Below the pieces are notes generated by a model. That model saw only the letters and a program-made list of their open reading frames with translations. It had not been told where the DNA came from and did not search any database. From NCBI RefSeq assembly GCF_009914755.1, contig NC_060939.1: DNA of 64,000 nt. One strand, written 5' to 3'. Within the stretch, counting starts at the first letter, position 1. Every line of letters begins with the position of its first letter. Positions 40,711 to 55,593 of the stretch are shown here, piece by piece. The position numbers and the translations under genes are program-made. Source of the DNA: the human T2T-CHM13v2.0 reference genome, Homo sapiens.

Positions 40711-43382
40711 CTTTAGAAACAATCAACAGTGATATTGTACCAAACTAAACCAAATACAAAGGGGAGTCCAAAGCTCTCCTCATCGGCACACTTAGAGTGT
40801 TTTTACTTATAAGGAAGATCAATGGTGGCTGATCAAAGAAAACAGAACAGGGAATCCATAAAGAAAAGGAAATCTATATTGTTTGGTTTTTGTCATATTT
40901 TGTTTTGTTTTTCCAAGTATCACCAAGAAGAGATCACTCAGAAAGAATTTCCCTATACCAGGTCTTGTAGAGGCATCTTCTGGTTAATGCTGATTGCCAT
41001 GGAATCTGCCACTGAACATGTATTGTCAGTACTTAAGTGCAGCTGTAAATCAAGATGGAAGGGTCTAGACACTGACACATTGACTGCAATGTTCACTTGA
41101 GTATATGGGGTTGTGGGGGGGTGATTCTTGAAGATTATAGTAATATCCAACATGTTTAGTTGAGAAAAAAATAGGCTGTTAAGAGATGAAGTCTATTCTG
41201 TTATATGGTGTGACCTGCTCATAGCAAGCTGCCTGTAGACATCACTGCAGCCTGGGCTTGGCTTTAATGATCAGTGTTCACTAGGGCACGAGCAGGCTGT
41301 TGCTGAGTACTAGCCAGGGAAATGTCTCAACCCTGATTATGTCTGGGTTACACTGGCTTCTTTTACCAAATAGTTGCAAGCTGCCTTCACATCCCACTCA
41401 GCATTGCATGAAATTCCGTGTTGCAAACTATTCATAATAGACCTTTAAATCAGAGCTTCTGTGCTACTTAAGAAGTATTCTCAGTCTCTACCTCCGGAAT
41501 TGCAAAACTTCTCTGTTCATGATAGTAGTTTCATTAAAAAGATTTATCTATGTTCCTCAGCTTTCTTCACAAGACTTTGCAAAACTATGAGAACTTGAGA
41601 GATTCTACCTGCCATTAGTGTTCGCTCTGCCAAATGTCTGTAATAAGATTCCTTCTTCTCTGCCTTCCTGCAATTAGATGACTTTTATAACTCTCCTGCC
41701 TTTTAATAGGTAAATAAAACCTTCTAATCTAAATGCTATACCCATTCTTAAGTGGCTTCTTCCTTAGCAATTCTTATATACCTGGCTGTGAACAAAACTT
41801 CCTCAATTTTATATTTTCTTAAAGTTTGGAGCATTAACCCCCTCGTTCTTACATATGTAGAGTTTGGACATCACATTAGAGAAAACTAGAGGATGTCATT
41901 TCTATATGTGCAACATAGATTTAGGAAAGAGAATTATTTTGTATCTCCAGTCTTCTTTCCTCCTTACTTTTTAAATCCCATTTAATTAGTATTTCACCTT
42001 CAAAATAAAAACAATTATCTATAACAATTCTATACTAAAATCAGGAATGAAAGAGGGGAACAACACAACTGACCTTATAGAAGTAAAACAAAAAGATTAT
42101 AATGGAATGCTGTGAACTTTATGCCAACAGATTTAATAACAGAAGAATTCCTAGAAAGACACAGACTGCTGAAACTGACTCAAAAAGAAATAGAAAATTT
42201 GAATAGACCTGTAACAAGGAAGAGTTGAATTAGTAACAACAACCAAAAAAAACCCCACAGAGAAAATCCCAAGCACAAATGGTTTTACCAGTGAATTCTG
42301 TTAAACTAAAAATAATTAATACCAATTCTTCATCAACTCTTTCAAAAGTACAAGAGGAGGAGAAACATCCCAAGTCACATGATGAGGCCACTCTTACCCT
42401 GCTACTAAAACCAGGCAATGATATCATCGGAAAAGAAAGCTACAGAACACTATCTCTTATAAATATAGATGTAGAAAGCCTCAGCAAAACAGTGGTAAAC
42501 AGAATCTAATAGCATATTAAAAGGATTATATACCACAACCAAGTGAAATTTATCTCCAAAATGAAAAGTTGGCTTAATGTCTGAAAATTAATTAATGTAA
42601 TACATCAGATCAATAAAGGACAAAATCTACCTAATTATCTGAATAGATGTAATAAAAGCATTTGACAAAATTAAATACTCCTTAATTATGATAACACTCA
42701 ATAAACTGGGAATGTAAGAGAACTTTCTCAACCTGATAATAGGAATCTACAAAAATCCCACAATAGCATACTTAATGTTGAAAGGTGGGATAGTACCCCC
42801 CTGTGCAAGATCACGAACAAGACAAGAATATTTGCCCTCAGCAAATATTCAACATTATATTTAACATTCAATATTCAATATTCAAAAGTATATTCAACAT
42901 TATACTAAAGTTCTAGCAAGGGCAATTAAGCAAGAAGATGAAATAAAAGTCCCACAGATTGGGAAAGGAGCAAAACATTTTTATTTGCAGATGATATAAT
43001 CTAATATATAAAAAATTCTAAGAAATGTATTTTAAAAACCATTAGAACTAATAAATGAAATCAGCACATTTGCTGTCTATAAGCAAAGTACACAAAAACC
43101 CATTTTATGTCTATACTCTTGCAATAAACAAAAAGAAAATGAAATTAAGAAAATTCCATCTATAAGGCATCAATAGAATAAGATATTTATATATAAATTT
43201 AACAAAAGAAATGAAAAATTTAACACTCTGACATTACAAATATTGCTCTAAAAATTAAAGAAAACTTAAATAAATGGAAAAACATTCTATGTTTATGGAT
43301 CAGAAGATTTAAGGTGTCAACACGTGTCAAATTGCTGTAAAGATTCAATAAAATTTCTATCAAAATCATGCCTGCATTTTTG

Positions 43383-43681
43383 TTTTGAGACAGGGTCTCA
43401 CTCTGTTGCCCAGGCTGAAGTATAGTGGCACAATCATGATTTATTGCAGCCTCAAACTACTGGGCTCAAGTAATCCTACCACCTCAACCTCTTGAGTAGC
43501 TGGGACTACAGGCATGCCACCACACCTGACTAAATTTCAAACTTTTTTTTGTAGATAAGGTCTTGCTATGTTGCTCAGGTTGGTCGTGAACTCCTGGCCT
43601 CAAGTGATATTTCTGCCTCTACCTCCTAAAGTGCTAGGATTACAGGCATCATCCTGTGTCCAGTCCTGCCATGCCCAGCGC
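43383..43681 (-). mobile_element. AluJ
   Basis: Antisense Alu with TSD tgcctgcatttttg on both sides. Confidence 0.9.
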
Positions 43682-44572
43682 TGCCTGCATTTTTGAATAA
43701 ATTGACAAGACAATAGCAAAATTTATAGGAAAATTCAAGAAACCTAGACTATCCAAAATGATCTTTAAAAAGAATAATAAAATGGAAGGACTCACATTTC
43801 CCAATTTTGAAACTTATTACAGAGCCATAGTAATCAAAGTAGTGATATTAGCATAAGAATAGACATAGAGATCAATGCAATAGAATTGTGAGTCCAGAAA
43901 TAAACCCTTAGATTTATTGTCAATGGATTTTTGACAATGATGCCAAAAAAATTAATGGAGGAAAAATAGTCTTGTCAGAAAATGATGCTAACACAACTGG
44001 ATATCCATGCAAAAGAATGAAGTTAGACTCCAACCCCACCCTGTACACACAAATTAACTCAAAGGAGATCATAAGGCAAAATGTAAAAGGTAAAAATTGT
44101 AAAACTCTTAGAAGGAAGCATAGGCATAAATATTTGTGACCTTAAGTTGGCACATTTTAAAGATATTGCACCAATAGTACAAATGATAAAGAAAAGAATA
44201 GATACATCAAACTTCGTCAAAATTGAAAGGCTTTTTTTTTTCCTTGAAACAATGACATTAAGAAAGTGAAAAGACAGTTCATAGAATGGGAAAAAATACT
44301 TATAGATTATACAAGATACAAATATCTGATAAGAATCATATGCTGAACACACACACACCCGCTTTTACAACTCAATAATAAAAACATAACTAACCCATTT
44401 TAAAAACGTGCAAAAGATCTGAATAAACATTTCACTAAAGAAGATGTATAAATGGCCAGAAAACACATGAAAAGAACTGGAGGTCTTATATACACTGCTG
44501 GTAGAAATATAACATGGCACATTCACTTTGGAAAATAGCGTGGCTGTTTCTTAAAAATATAGACACATACCG

Positions 44573-44865
<293 letters not shown>

Positions 44866-45619
44866 ATATATACACACACACACACCCATATCTACCTATT
44901 ACTGTCTAGCTATCCCTAGTTATCTATCCAAGAGAAATGAAAACACACATCCACACAAAAATATTACATGAATGTTCATAGCAGCATTATTCATAATAGT
45001 TCAAAAATGAAATCAACCCAAATGTCCATCCACTGATGAATGGGAAAATAAAAGATGGTATATCTATGTGATGGAATATTATTTGGCAATAAAAAGGAAT
45101 GAAATACTGATACATGCCACAACACGGATGAATCTTGAAAACATTGTGCTATATGAAAGAAGCCAGTCACAAAAGGCCACACACTGTTTGATTCCACTTA
45201 TATGAAATGTTCAGAATAGGCATCTTCAGGAATAGAAAGCAAGAGAGTGGTTTCCTAGGGGTAGGAGTGAAGAAGGTGGGGAATGAGGAGTGACTGCTCA
45301 TGTATAAGAGGTTTCTTTTGAAGTGATGAAACTGTTGTAAAATTAGATTATAGTGATAATTGCATAATTTTATAAATATACTTTAAAACCATGAAATTCT
45401 ATACTTTAAATGGTATGGAATTTTATGGGATGTAAATTATATGTCAACAAAGCTGTTAAAAATGTTTTGAAAGATTCTATAAAGATTTCACTCCTGCTAA
45501 TTAAAGTAGTTCATTTCTCTTTACCTTTCTTCTTTTATTTTTCTTCCCTCCCCAACCTTCTGTTGGCCTGCTGCACCAATTCAATTCCTTCCCTTCCATT
45601 TCATCTAATACAATGATTT

Positions 45620-46180
45620 TTATTAATAAGTAATGTATGAGCACAGTGCAAAAATTATAATAAAAAGTGTAAAATCAGAAATAAATGCTTCCCACTGCTC
45701 TATAAACTGCTGTCCCACTCTCCAAATGTAACTGCTGTCAACGGTTTCTCATGGATTGCTTTAGAAATTGTTTACACATTCATAGCCCATGTCCATATGG
45801 TGCCTATATTTTTACACAAATTGGACCACATGCTATTCTGCATTTCATTTGTCTCCTTTAGTGCTGTATTTTGGAAATCTTTTCATGTTTGCATATATAG
45901 ACCAATCACATCTATTTAGTAGCAGCGTGGCATTCGTTGACTCTTTGTGACATAGTTATATCATTGATTCTCTATTAAGAGATATTTAGGTTGTCTTCAA
46001 ATGTGGATAGGTTTTGTTTTATATGTTTTACTATTACAAACTATACTACAATGAATATCTTTGTGTATTGGTGTGTAATTACAAGGAAGCATTCATGGGT
46101 TAAAAACCATGTGTTTTTGAATGTTGATAAATGTGACTAGATTGCCCTGAAAAATAGTGTCTCCTATGTAATCCCGTTGT
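45620..46180 (-). mobile_element. L1ME-like fragments
   Basis: gatatttaggttgt...ttacaaac...caatgaatatctttg...agattgccct. Confidence 0.55.
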
Positions 46181-46740
46181 TGGGGGATGAGAGAGCCAGT
46201 ATGTATTCCAAAAGCTACCTTGGCTTAGAACAAGTTCCACCCTCTCTCTGACTACAGCCTTGACCACACTCAACACATTACCCAGGCTGAAGTATTGTAC
46301 GGACGCTGTCAGCAACTCACCCTCTCCATAGAAGAGTATTGTTCTGCTCTGTTCTCTGCAGTTTTCCTTCCTGGCAGCCAGGTCTCCATGACTTGTGCCA
46401 GAGACGCAATCGATATGCAAGTGGCCCTGTCCAAGTAAAGGCCATGTCAGCTCACGTTCTGACTTTATGATTCTCTAGTCAGAGACTGATGGTCCCAGCT
46501 CTTCCTTTGCATATTCCTGCTTAACCTTGAGGAAAGTCACTTAACTTCTGACAACTCCTGCATCAACTTAAGCAGCTGGCGGGGATGATAGTGGCAGAAG
46601 GTAATGTGAGCCACGTGTGAGGTTTTGAGTATTTGTGTATAGACGGGTGCAGAGGAGCATAGAGGTGAGGATAATACTAAATGGCTATTTTTGAGTTTAT
46701 AGGAAACCAGTAAAAAGATGGCTAGAATAATATTGTGGAG

Positions 46741-47078
46741 CAGCAACCCCCAACCTTTTCGGCACCAAGGACCAGTTTCGTGGAAGACAATTTTTTTTTT
46801 CATGGACCAGGGGTGGGGGTGTGGGAGGGGTGAACAGTTTCAGAATGAAACTGTTCCATCTCAGATCATCAGGGAGCATGCAGCCGACATCCCTCGCGTG
46901 CGCAGTTCACAATAGGGTTCATGCTCATATGAGAATCTGATACTGCTGCTGATCTGATGGGAGGCAGAGCTCAGGAGGTAATGTTCACCGGCCTGCTGCT
47001 CACCTCCTGCTGTGCAGCCTGGTTCCTAACAGGCCAAGGACGAGTACTGGTCTGCGGCCCGGGGGTTGGGGACCCCTG
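46741..47078 (+). mobile_element. MER1B (hAT-Charlie), full length
   Basis: cagcaacccccaaccttttcggcacc...gggggttggggacccctg; about 338 bp. Confidence 0.9.
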
Positions 47079-47329
47079 TAATGTAGGGCATCTTTGATTC
47101 TCTTGCAGATGCTCTGATATAACTAAACGGGGTGTGGTTTCAGCTGTGATGCAAGTTGTTCCTTTTTTTCTGCATACCCTTTTAAAATGTTTTTGATTAA
47201 CGCTGTATATATTTAAGGAGTACAACATGATCTTTAAGTGAAACTTATTTTATTTTATAATGCAAGTACATGATGGTTAAGAACACACTAACTTAGACTA
47301 ATACAGTTTGGTGCCATCGCTCTGATTCT

Positions 47330-47506
47330 TGCAAAATTGCCAGCAGTTTTAACCACCATTTCTTTCTTGCCCATCAGTAGAAATTTTATGGCAAAAATTC
47401 AAACAATATCTTCATGTTATTACAAAAACGATTTTAACCTCACAGAACCCTTAAAAGTCTCCTGGGGACCTCTAGGATCTGTGGACCACACTTGGAGAAT
47501 CTCTGC
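47330..47506 (+). mobile_element. MER119-like hAT-Charlie 3' end
   Basis: aacctcacagaacccttaaaagtctcctggggacc...ggaccacacttggagaatctctg. Confidence 0.55.
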
Positions 47507-47616
47507 TGTAAACAAACATACAAACAAAATGCCGCAATGAAAAGATATTTCAAAACGACTAAAATTCTTTGTGTTTCTTAAGCACCATGAAATAAACATA
47601 TGATTCACAACGCTTC

Positions 47617-48535
<919 letters not shown>

Positions 48536-49049
48536 TGGTTGTTACTCTTAGGAAAAGCCTTATATGGAATAGAAAAATCCAAGCTGGCCTAAGGCTGACC
48601 ACACAGACACTGCCAGAATCAGGCCGTTGTCTTACCCTCAGGCTTGTGTAAGTGGCCCTGACTCTATCCTCATTCGTCTACCTAGAGGTAGATGGGTCAA
48701 CGGTGGGAGCTAAGTCCTGGCCTACATATAGCCACTTCTTCCAGGGTCAGACTTATAGCACTGGCTAGATGGAGTTTTGATACATTGTTAACATTATCAG
48801 TTGCCCAGAAGTGACATCAGATGAAGCGAAAATATTCCCTGTCTTTAAACTTTGGATCAAATTTAGCTCCCACCTCCATTCTTAACATGCAGGTTTGAAG
48901 ATCAGTTCTGACACTAACAAGCTGGGATGAGGTTGGGGTGGAGGGTCCATGGGTGAGGGACAGCACTTAATTTTGCTAGACATGCATTTCCTCAGCTGTA
49001 AAACAAAAGTTTTGGATTAGACTAGGGTGACGAACTCTATAATAGACTG

Positions 49050-49170
49050 CAATTGTCCCCCGTTTTACAGAGGAGAAAACAGAGGCTTAGAGAAATGAAG
49101 TAACTGGCCTGACATTGCATTTCTAGCGGCAGGTGGAACTAGATATCGGTCTCAGGAAAGTCTGACTTTC
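49050..49170 (-). mobile_element. MIR SINE
   Basis: cgttttacagaggagaaaacagaggcttagagaaatgaagtaactggcc. Confidence 0.7.
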
Positions 49171-49725
49171 CTCTGGGCTCTACTCCGCTGGGATGTGTGG
49201 TGCACTGGTGTGGCCATTTCTCAGCCCAGCCTTTACAAGTTCCTTTCTTTCCACAGCTGGACCATGTCCAACCCTGCTCTGTGAGCAGCACCCAGTCCTT
49301 AAGAGTCCCGGCCCAGTGCTCGAGGACTCAACATAAATTCCCTTGAGTGGCTGGTCCCCCCGACCTAGAACCCAGTGAGGGTCTCAGCACAGTACCCTTC
49401 CTCATGTCCCCAGCCTCTGCCATAGCTGCATCCCAGTGATGTACTGAGCAGCTCCACTACATCTCCCAATCCTCACAGCTCTTCCCCACCTCCCAGCTCT
49501 CCCTGCAGAAATCTGGGTATTGAAACAGTCCCTGTCAGAACTCCTCCACCCCTGTCAGACACGCGACGCCAGCTCCTGTTCCAGGTGCTGCCTTGATACT
49601 CACCCTGGCTGCTGCGCTGGACTTCCTCTCAGTGCCTGGAAGGTGGGTCCAACCTGCTTCCCCCCTGGAGTGGGAGTGGTTCTGAGCTCAGTTTTCTGTA
49701 GTATGCTGATTTCTGGCACATTTAA

Positions 49726-50046
<321 letters not shown>

Positions 50047-50943
50047 ACAAGTGTGTTCTAAGACATGCTGTAATACTGATGCCCACCCCCAACTCCTTCA
50101 AAAATAGGAGACAAGAGCCATCATAGGTCTTCCTAGGCCAAAGAACATGCTGCAAGACATCACTCCTCCAAGAACACGGGGATTTGGGGAAGAAAGGACT
50201 GGTGAGTATTTCTAAAAGTTCATTTCTGAGGAATTCTGTTAGTAACATTATAAGGAGTTAAATAAAATACTCGCTGGAGTTCTAATAGGTATTTCCATTA
50301 ACAGACCAAAGAGCTGGAAAAAAAAAAAAAAAAAAGATCGTACATGTGTAAAGACTGCCTGGTCTCAGGCAAGCCACACAACCACTTTGGACCACAATTC
50401 TTTGTCTCTAAATGCTCGTCTTGACCCCTGCTCTTCCATACCCATAAGCTTATTGTGAAATCGAAGTGGCTTATAAATCCTAAAACAGTGGTTACAGATG
50501 AAGTATTTCTGATTCCCTGACATGAACTTGCTATAAAATGAATTCAAAGTCTAGGCAGGACTTACCCTACAAGAATTAGATATCATTCTTTTCAAATTAG
50601 GGTAATTTTGGTTTGGATTTAGATGGGTCTTAATTGACTCTTGTATGAATATGTTTCCTATCACATGTTTGAAATTCTCTTTCTTTAGATTAAACAGCAT
50701 TTTGCTTTTAAAAAATAAAACTGAAAAGCATTTTAGAATAATCACTTTGGTCTTGGTCCTAGCCTATCCATATTTCTGCCTTAAACATTAAAATAGAAAG
50801 TATTTGGGGAATAATTAAATTGTATCTGGTGGGATATCTCCCCCCAGTGAGAGAGGAAATGGAACAGGGAGATTTGAAGCAGGCCTAAGAATATAATACT
50901 GTGCTGCTGAGCTACAAAAATCCTGCCTGATTTGTAAATTTGC

Positions 50944-51060
50944 GTTTCCATGGCAACACAAGTGTGTAGTTAAATAATCCTCACTCGTCTAGTACTGAAT
51001 TCCAGCAACTCTTCCTAAACCTTCATCCTATTCCAATCCCACAGCTGTTGCCATGGAAAT
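50944..51060. promoter_or_regulatory. Pair of RFX X-box motifs in inverted orientation
   Basis: GTTTCCATGGCAAC at 50944-50957 and GTTGCCATGGAAAT at 51047-51060, against the X-box consensus GTTNCCATGGNAAC. Confidence 0.6.
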
Positions 51061-52291
51061 GATCAGATAAGATTCAGTCCTAGAGGTAGATGGGCCAACA
51101 GTGGGAGCTAGTCCTGGCCTACATATAGCCACTGAAATATTAGGTTTTGCTTTGCTTCCTCCCAATCTTCAAATCACAGAAAGCGGTCGCTTCAAATGAG
51201 AGGCTAATTTAGCATGATGTCATGACAATCAGTCTTGGGGTTTGGGCATGTGGAGTAAATGAGGAAAAGTTAACGCCAAAACACTGCTGGGGAATGGAAA
51301 AAATCAGAAATGCTTTCCTCTGACTCATTTTGGGAAACTTTCTCCAAGAATCCATTACACCAGGGTATTCTCTCAGGAGCTGGGTGTCCCAGATGCAATT
51401 TTCCTAGGCTGGTCCCTGCCCTACCAGGAGGTTAGGTCACACGGGGCCACTCCCCAGGTTTGACAGCCGAGGAGTACCCGTTCGTTCGTTCTGCATTGTT
51501 CATGAGGAGTTCTGTTTTTCATAGTTGATGGGAGTTTATAGTGTGCCTCCGGGGTTGACTCTGGCTGTGTCAGCAATGTCTTTAGGACTGACAGAATTTT
51601 TCCGTGCCGCTATCAACATCTTTGTATCATGTGCATTCTTGCAAACAGATTGTTTGGGAAGACCTAAAATTTAAATCATTGTTTCTAAGCAATATCCAGA
51701 GGATATTTTGTTTACATATTATAGAAAGAAGCAATACTTTGTCTCTTTGAACAGTGTGATCTCATTTATTGTGAAATCTTTGCCGGATACTTCCCTGAAG
51801 GGGAGGGGTTAGGCCAGAGTCCAAAGCAATTTTGCCTTTCAGTGAAGCAGATTCCTCGCAGTGTGTGAGCCCTAATATGTCATATGAGAAAAAGACACAC
51901 CTCACAGTAAAATACGAAATCCCAGTAAAATATGGAAGGGAACTTGAAGTGTCTCTGGAAATCCAATGAGCAGTTTTCAGATGAAGACGCTGAGGCTGGG
52001 GTTTCCAATATCTCACGGTTTAGGACTCATGGGTTTTTCTCTGGACTCCCCCTCATGCTGCCACTGCTTTAGGGAAAGATCCAATAGGTACAGCTATCTT
52101 TATTTTTATTCTCCTTTTTCCTGGACAGCTCCAGCAGAGTTCCTATAGTGTGGTTCTTATTATTTCCTCTTGGAAGCTTCAGTCATATATGCTAGACACT
52201 GTTTCATAAATTTTCACATGCCTATAATTTGTTCAATAAACACTCGCTGAGTTAATATATATATTACATGATTTAAGGTATCATTGGAGTG

Positions 52292-52701
52292 TGATATAGC
52301 TTGGATTCATGTCCCCAACCCAATCTAATGTTGAAATGTAATCTCCAGTGTTGGGGGTGGGGCCCGGTGAGAGCTGATTGAATCGTGGGGGCTGATCCCT
52401 CATGAATGGTTTAGCACCGACTCGTTGGTGCTGTCCTCGCAATAGTGAGCGAATTCTGGTGAGAGCTGGTTGTTTAAAGGTGGGTAGCAACTTCTCTCTC
52501 TCTTGTTCCGCCACATGAGATGCTTGATCCCCCTTCAACTTCTGCCGTGATTGGAAGCTTCTTGAGGCCTCCCCAGCAGCGGACGCCTGTATTCTACTTC
52601 TTGTACAGCCTGCAGAACCATGAACCAATTAAACCTCTCTTCTTTATACATGACCTAGTCCCAAGTATTTCTTTATAGCCATGTGAGAATGGTTTAACAC
52701 A
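52292..52701 (+). mobile_element. MSTA/MSTB MaLR solo LTR
   Basis: tgatatagcttggat...cagcctgcagaaccatgaaccaattaaacctct...taacaca; TSD gagtg / cagtg. Confidence 0.9.
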
Positions 52702-53379
52702 CAGTGTTTGGAGTAAGAAGCTGCTATCAACGTGTTCATATTGACCTTGTTCCATGTGGCTCCTCTCACCATAGTGACAGAGCGATAAGGTGGCAGCTTC
52801 TAGGACCTGCTTAGACGTACTCTCTGAGCAAGTTGTATGTTTTAGGTGGTAAAGGTTATGACTTTCAATGACACGGAGTAGAATTTGCTCTTCTCTTGAC
52901 TTTCATCATTGTAAGTGACGCTGAAGAGAGACAAGAGCTGAATCGTTTCTTAAATGAAGAAAAATGAAAAATTAGAACTAAGAGCTTACCTTCTCCCACT
53001 GATTTCTGTGACTCTCAGCAGTACTGTGAAGAGGAGGTTGTGCTCTCTCTCACACAGCAAAAACGCAGCTTTGTAGCCTAGCGGTCATACCTCAATAGAA
53101 TGGAGCCAGTGTAGATAACATTCTGATATCCTGTGTGCTATTCTGATCCCCGCCCTACCCCTTATGTTAATTCAAACTTTGTAAACACTCTGTTCTGTTC
53201 TCCTGAAGCTGAAGTCTATCTAACTGCGAAGAATACTCTTCATGTGAAAAAATGTGTACTTGTTACTATGGTGATGAATACTGTCATTTCCACAACCAGG
53301 AAAAGTTCTGAAATGGGGGAAATACTCCTAGACATGGCCATGCTAAGTGCTCATCTTCAAATCCTTCCTTTCCAGACCC

Positions 53380-54055
53380 AATCAGGCTCCAAATCTCCAC
53401 TAATGCACTTCTGAATATATCAAAAAAATCACTCTTTCCCAAGCCACCATCATCTTTCTCTTAAAACGACTGTAGTAGCCAGTTAATTAATCTTACAGAT
53501 CTTTTCTTAGCCCTGTTCAAAGCAGGAACCAAAGCAATGCTTTAGAAACCTGAAACCCGATCATGTCACTGTCTTGTTTATAAACCTTTCAATGCATTTC
53601 AACTTTTTAACTTCTGCCTCTCGGAATAAAATCCAAAATCCTCAGCATGGCACTGTATGAGTGGTCCATTTCCCATCTCCCCAGGGCAGCCTGGAGCCAC
53701 TTCTCCTGCATTTCCCATGCCCCAGCCACCCACCCAGGTCCCCAGTGTGCACACAAACAAGGAGTGCTTCTCCTGCCCTTTGCTCTGGCTGACTCTATTC
53801 ACCCTTCAGCCTGAGCTGAAAAGTTATTTCCCAAAATAAGGTTTTGCTGAGCTCTCAGGTTGCAGAGTCTCACTCTTGCAAGCTCTCCCGCACAGTGAGT
53901 ATGCATTTAGAGGAATTCACCACAACTAACCACAGAGCACTGTGTATAATACTTCATCTGTAGTCTCTTGTAGAATGTAAGTCCTGTGAGGACAAAGACT
54001 ATGTCTTGTGCACAGATGAGATGCGTAAGAAGTAGCTATCAAAATAATGAATGAA
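53380..54055 (+). mobile_element. L2 LINE fragments
   Basis: gatcatgtcact...aataaaatccaaaatcct...tagaatgtaagtcctgtgagg. Confidence 0.65.
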
Positions 54056-54198
54056 AGCCTGTGGCTAAATGGAGAGCAAGAACAGTCACGGGCAATGAGA
54101 AGGTCCAGGCAGTTAGAGGCAGGTTATTGGGAAGGTCTCTAATGTCCCAGAATGGACAGGGAACAAGGGACACCTTTGGTTCAAATATTGAGCAGCTA

Positions 54199-54513
54199 GG
54201 CCTGGCGTGATGGCTTACGCCTGTAATCCTAGCACTTTGGGAGGCTGAGGTGGGCAGATTGCCTGAGCTCAGGAGTTCAAGACCAGCCTGGGCAACATGG
54301 CGAAACTCCATCTCTACTAAAAATACAAAAAATTAGCCAGGTGTGGTGGTGTGTGCCTGTAATCTCAGCTACTCTGGAATCTGAGGCACAAGAATCACTT
54401 GAACCCAGGAGGCAGAGGTTGCAGTGAGCTGAGATAGCGCAATTGTACCCCAGCCTGGGGGACAGAGCGAGACTCTGTCTCAAATAAATATATATATATA
54501 GAGAGAGAGAGAG
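54199..54513 (+). mobile_element. AluS with a (TA)n(GA)n tail
   Basis: Full Alu; TSD gagcagct. Confidence 0.95.
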
Positions 54514-54669
54514 AGAGCAGCTGTACGTGCCACACCCTGAACCAGAGGAATGAATCGGGGATGCAAGGCGAGCCACAGTTCCTTATGTCACAGACCTTAC
54601 AGTCTATTGAGGGTGACATATGAGTAAATGTAAGTCACATCATACATACTTCTAAGTTAAATGCCATAT

Positions 54670-54994
54670 TGATATGGTTTGGCTCTGTGTTTCCACCCAA
54701 ATCTCACCTGGAAGTGTAATCCCCGTAATCCCCACGTATCAAAGGCAGGACCAGGTTGAGGTAATTAAATCATGGCGGTGGTTTCCCCTATGCTGTTCTC
54801 GTGATTGTGAGTGAGTTCTCATGAGATCTGATGGTTTTATAAGGGACTCTTGCTTCCCCTTTGTCTTCCACCATGAGTGTAAGTTTCCTGAGGACTCCCC
54901 AGCCATGCTGAACTGAAGTCGATTAAACCTCTTTCCTTTCTAAATTACCCAGTCTCGGGTATTTCTTTATAGTAGCATGAGGACAGACTAATTC
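54670..54994 (+). mobile_element. THE1 (THE1C/D-like) MaLR solo LTR
   Basis: tgatatggtttggctctgtgt...catgagatctgatggttttataagg...aattacccagtctcggg...cagactaat. Confidence 0.9.
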
Positions 54995-55224
54995 CTGTCC
55001 CACCCCCAAAAAGACATTCTGCATATCATGTTTTATGCTGCAGGATGCAGAATGATTTGGCAGATCTAAATATTCTATCCCCTCATAAGGCTGGGTTGCT
55101 ACAAACATCTTTTTTCTAGGGAAGCTGACTCTAGTATTTGAAAATGAGTATTTTTCTTATATCATGGGCCCTGAAGTCAAGCCAACTATTTCATCTGGTG
55201 CTCAACTGAAGCAAAGATGATTTG

Positions 55225-55593
55225 TTCCAGTGCTAAGAGGGAAAGGAGCTGGAAGCAGCATTGGGCAGAGTGGGGAGCTGAGCTGCCGTGCAGTCTCAAC
55301 AAAGGCCTCAGCCAATCCCACGGGGAGCTCGAGAGCTGGGAGGGCCCTCCGGAGTTGTCTTGAATTGAGGCAATGGGGCTGGCCATTGAATCCCTATACT
55401 GACCAATTATTAATTGTAGGCTGCCCCAGGAATGGGTGTGCCCTTGGCTGAGGCAGCTGCCTTACTCTGAGGGCAATTCTTTGGGAGAAATTCAGCTGTG
55501 CACCGTCAGAAAGAATCACTCCAAGCAGGTGGGGGAATGAGTGCCTTTGTCCTGAAGGCAGGACCTGGGTGGCATATCACAGCATCCACTACG
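55225..55593 (-). mobile_element. LTR16-family ERVL LTR
   Basis: aaggcctcagccaatcccacggggagctc...cacagcatccactac. Confidence 0.75.
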
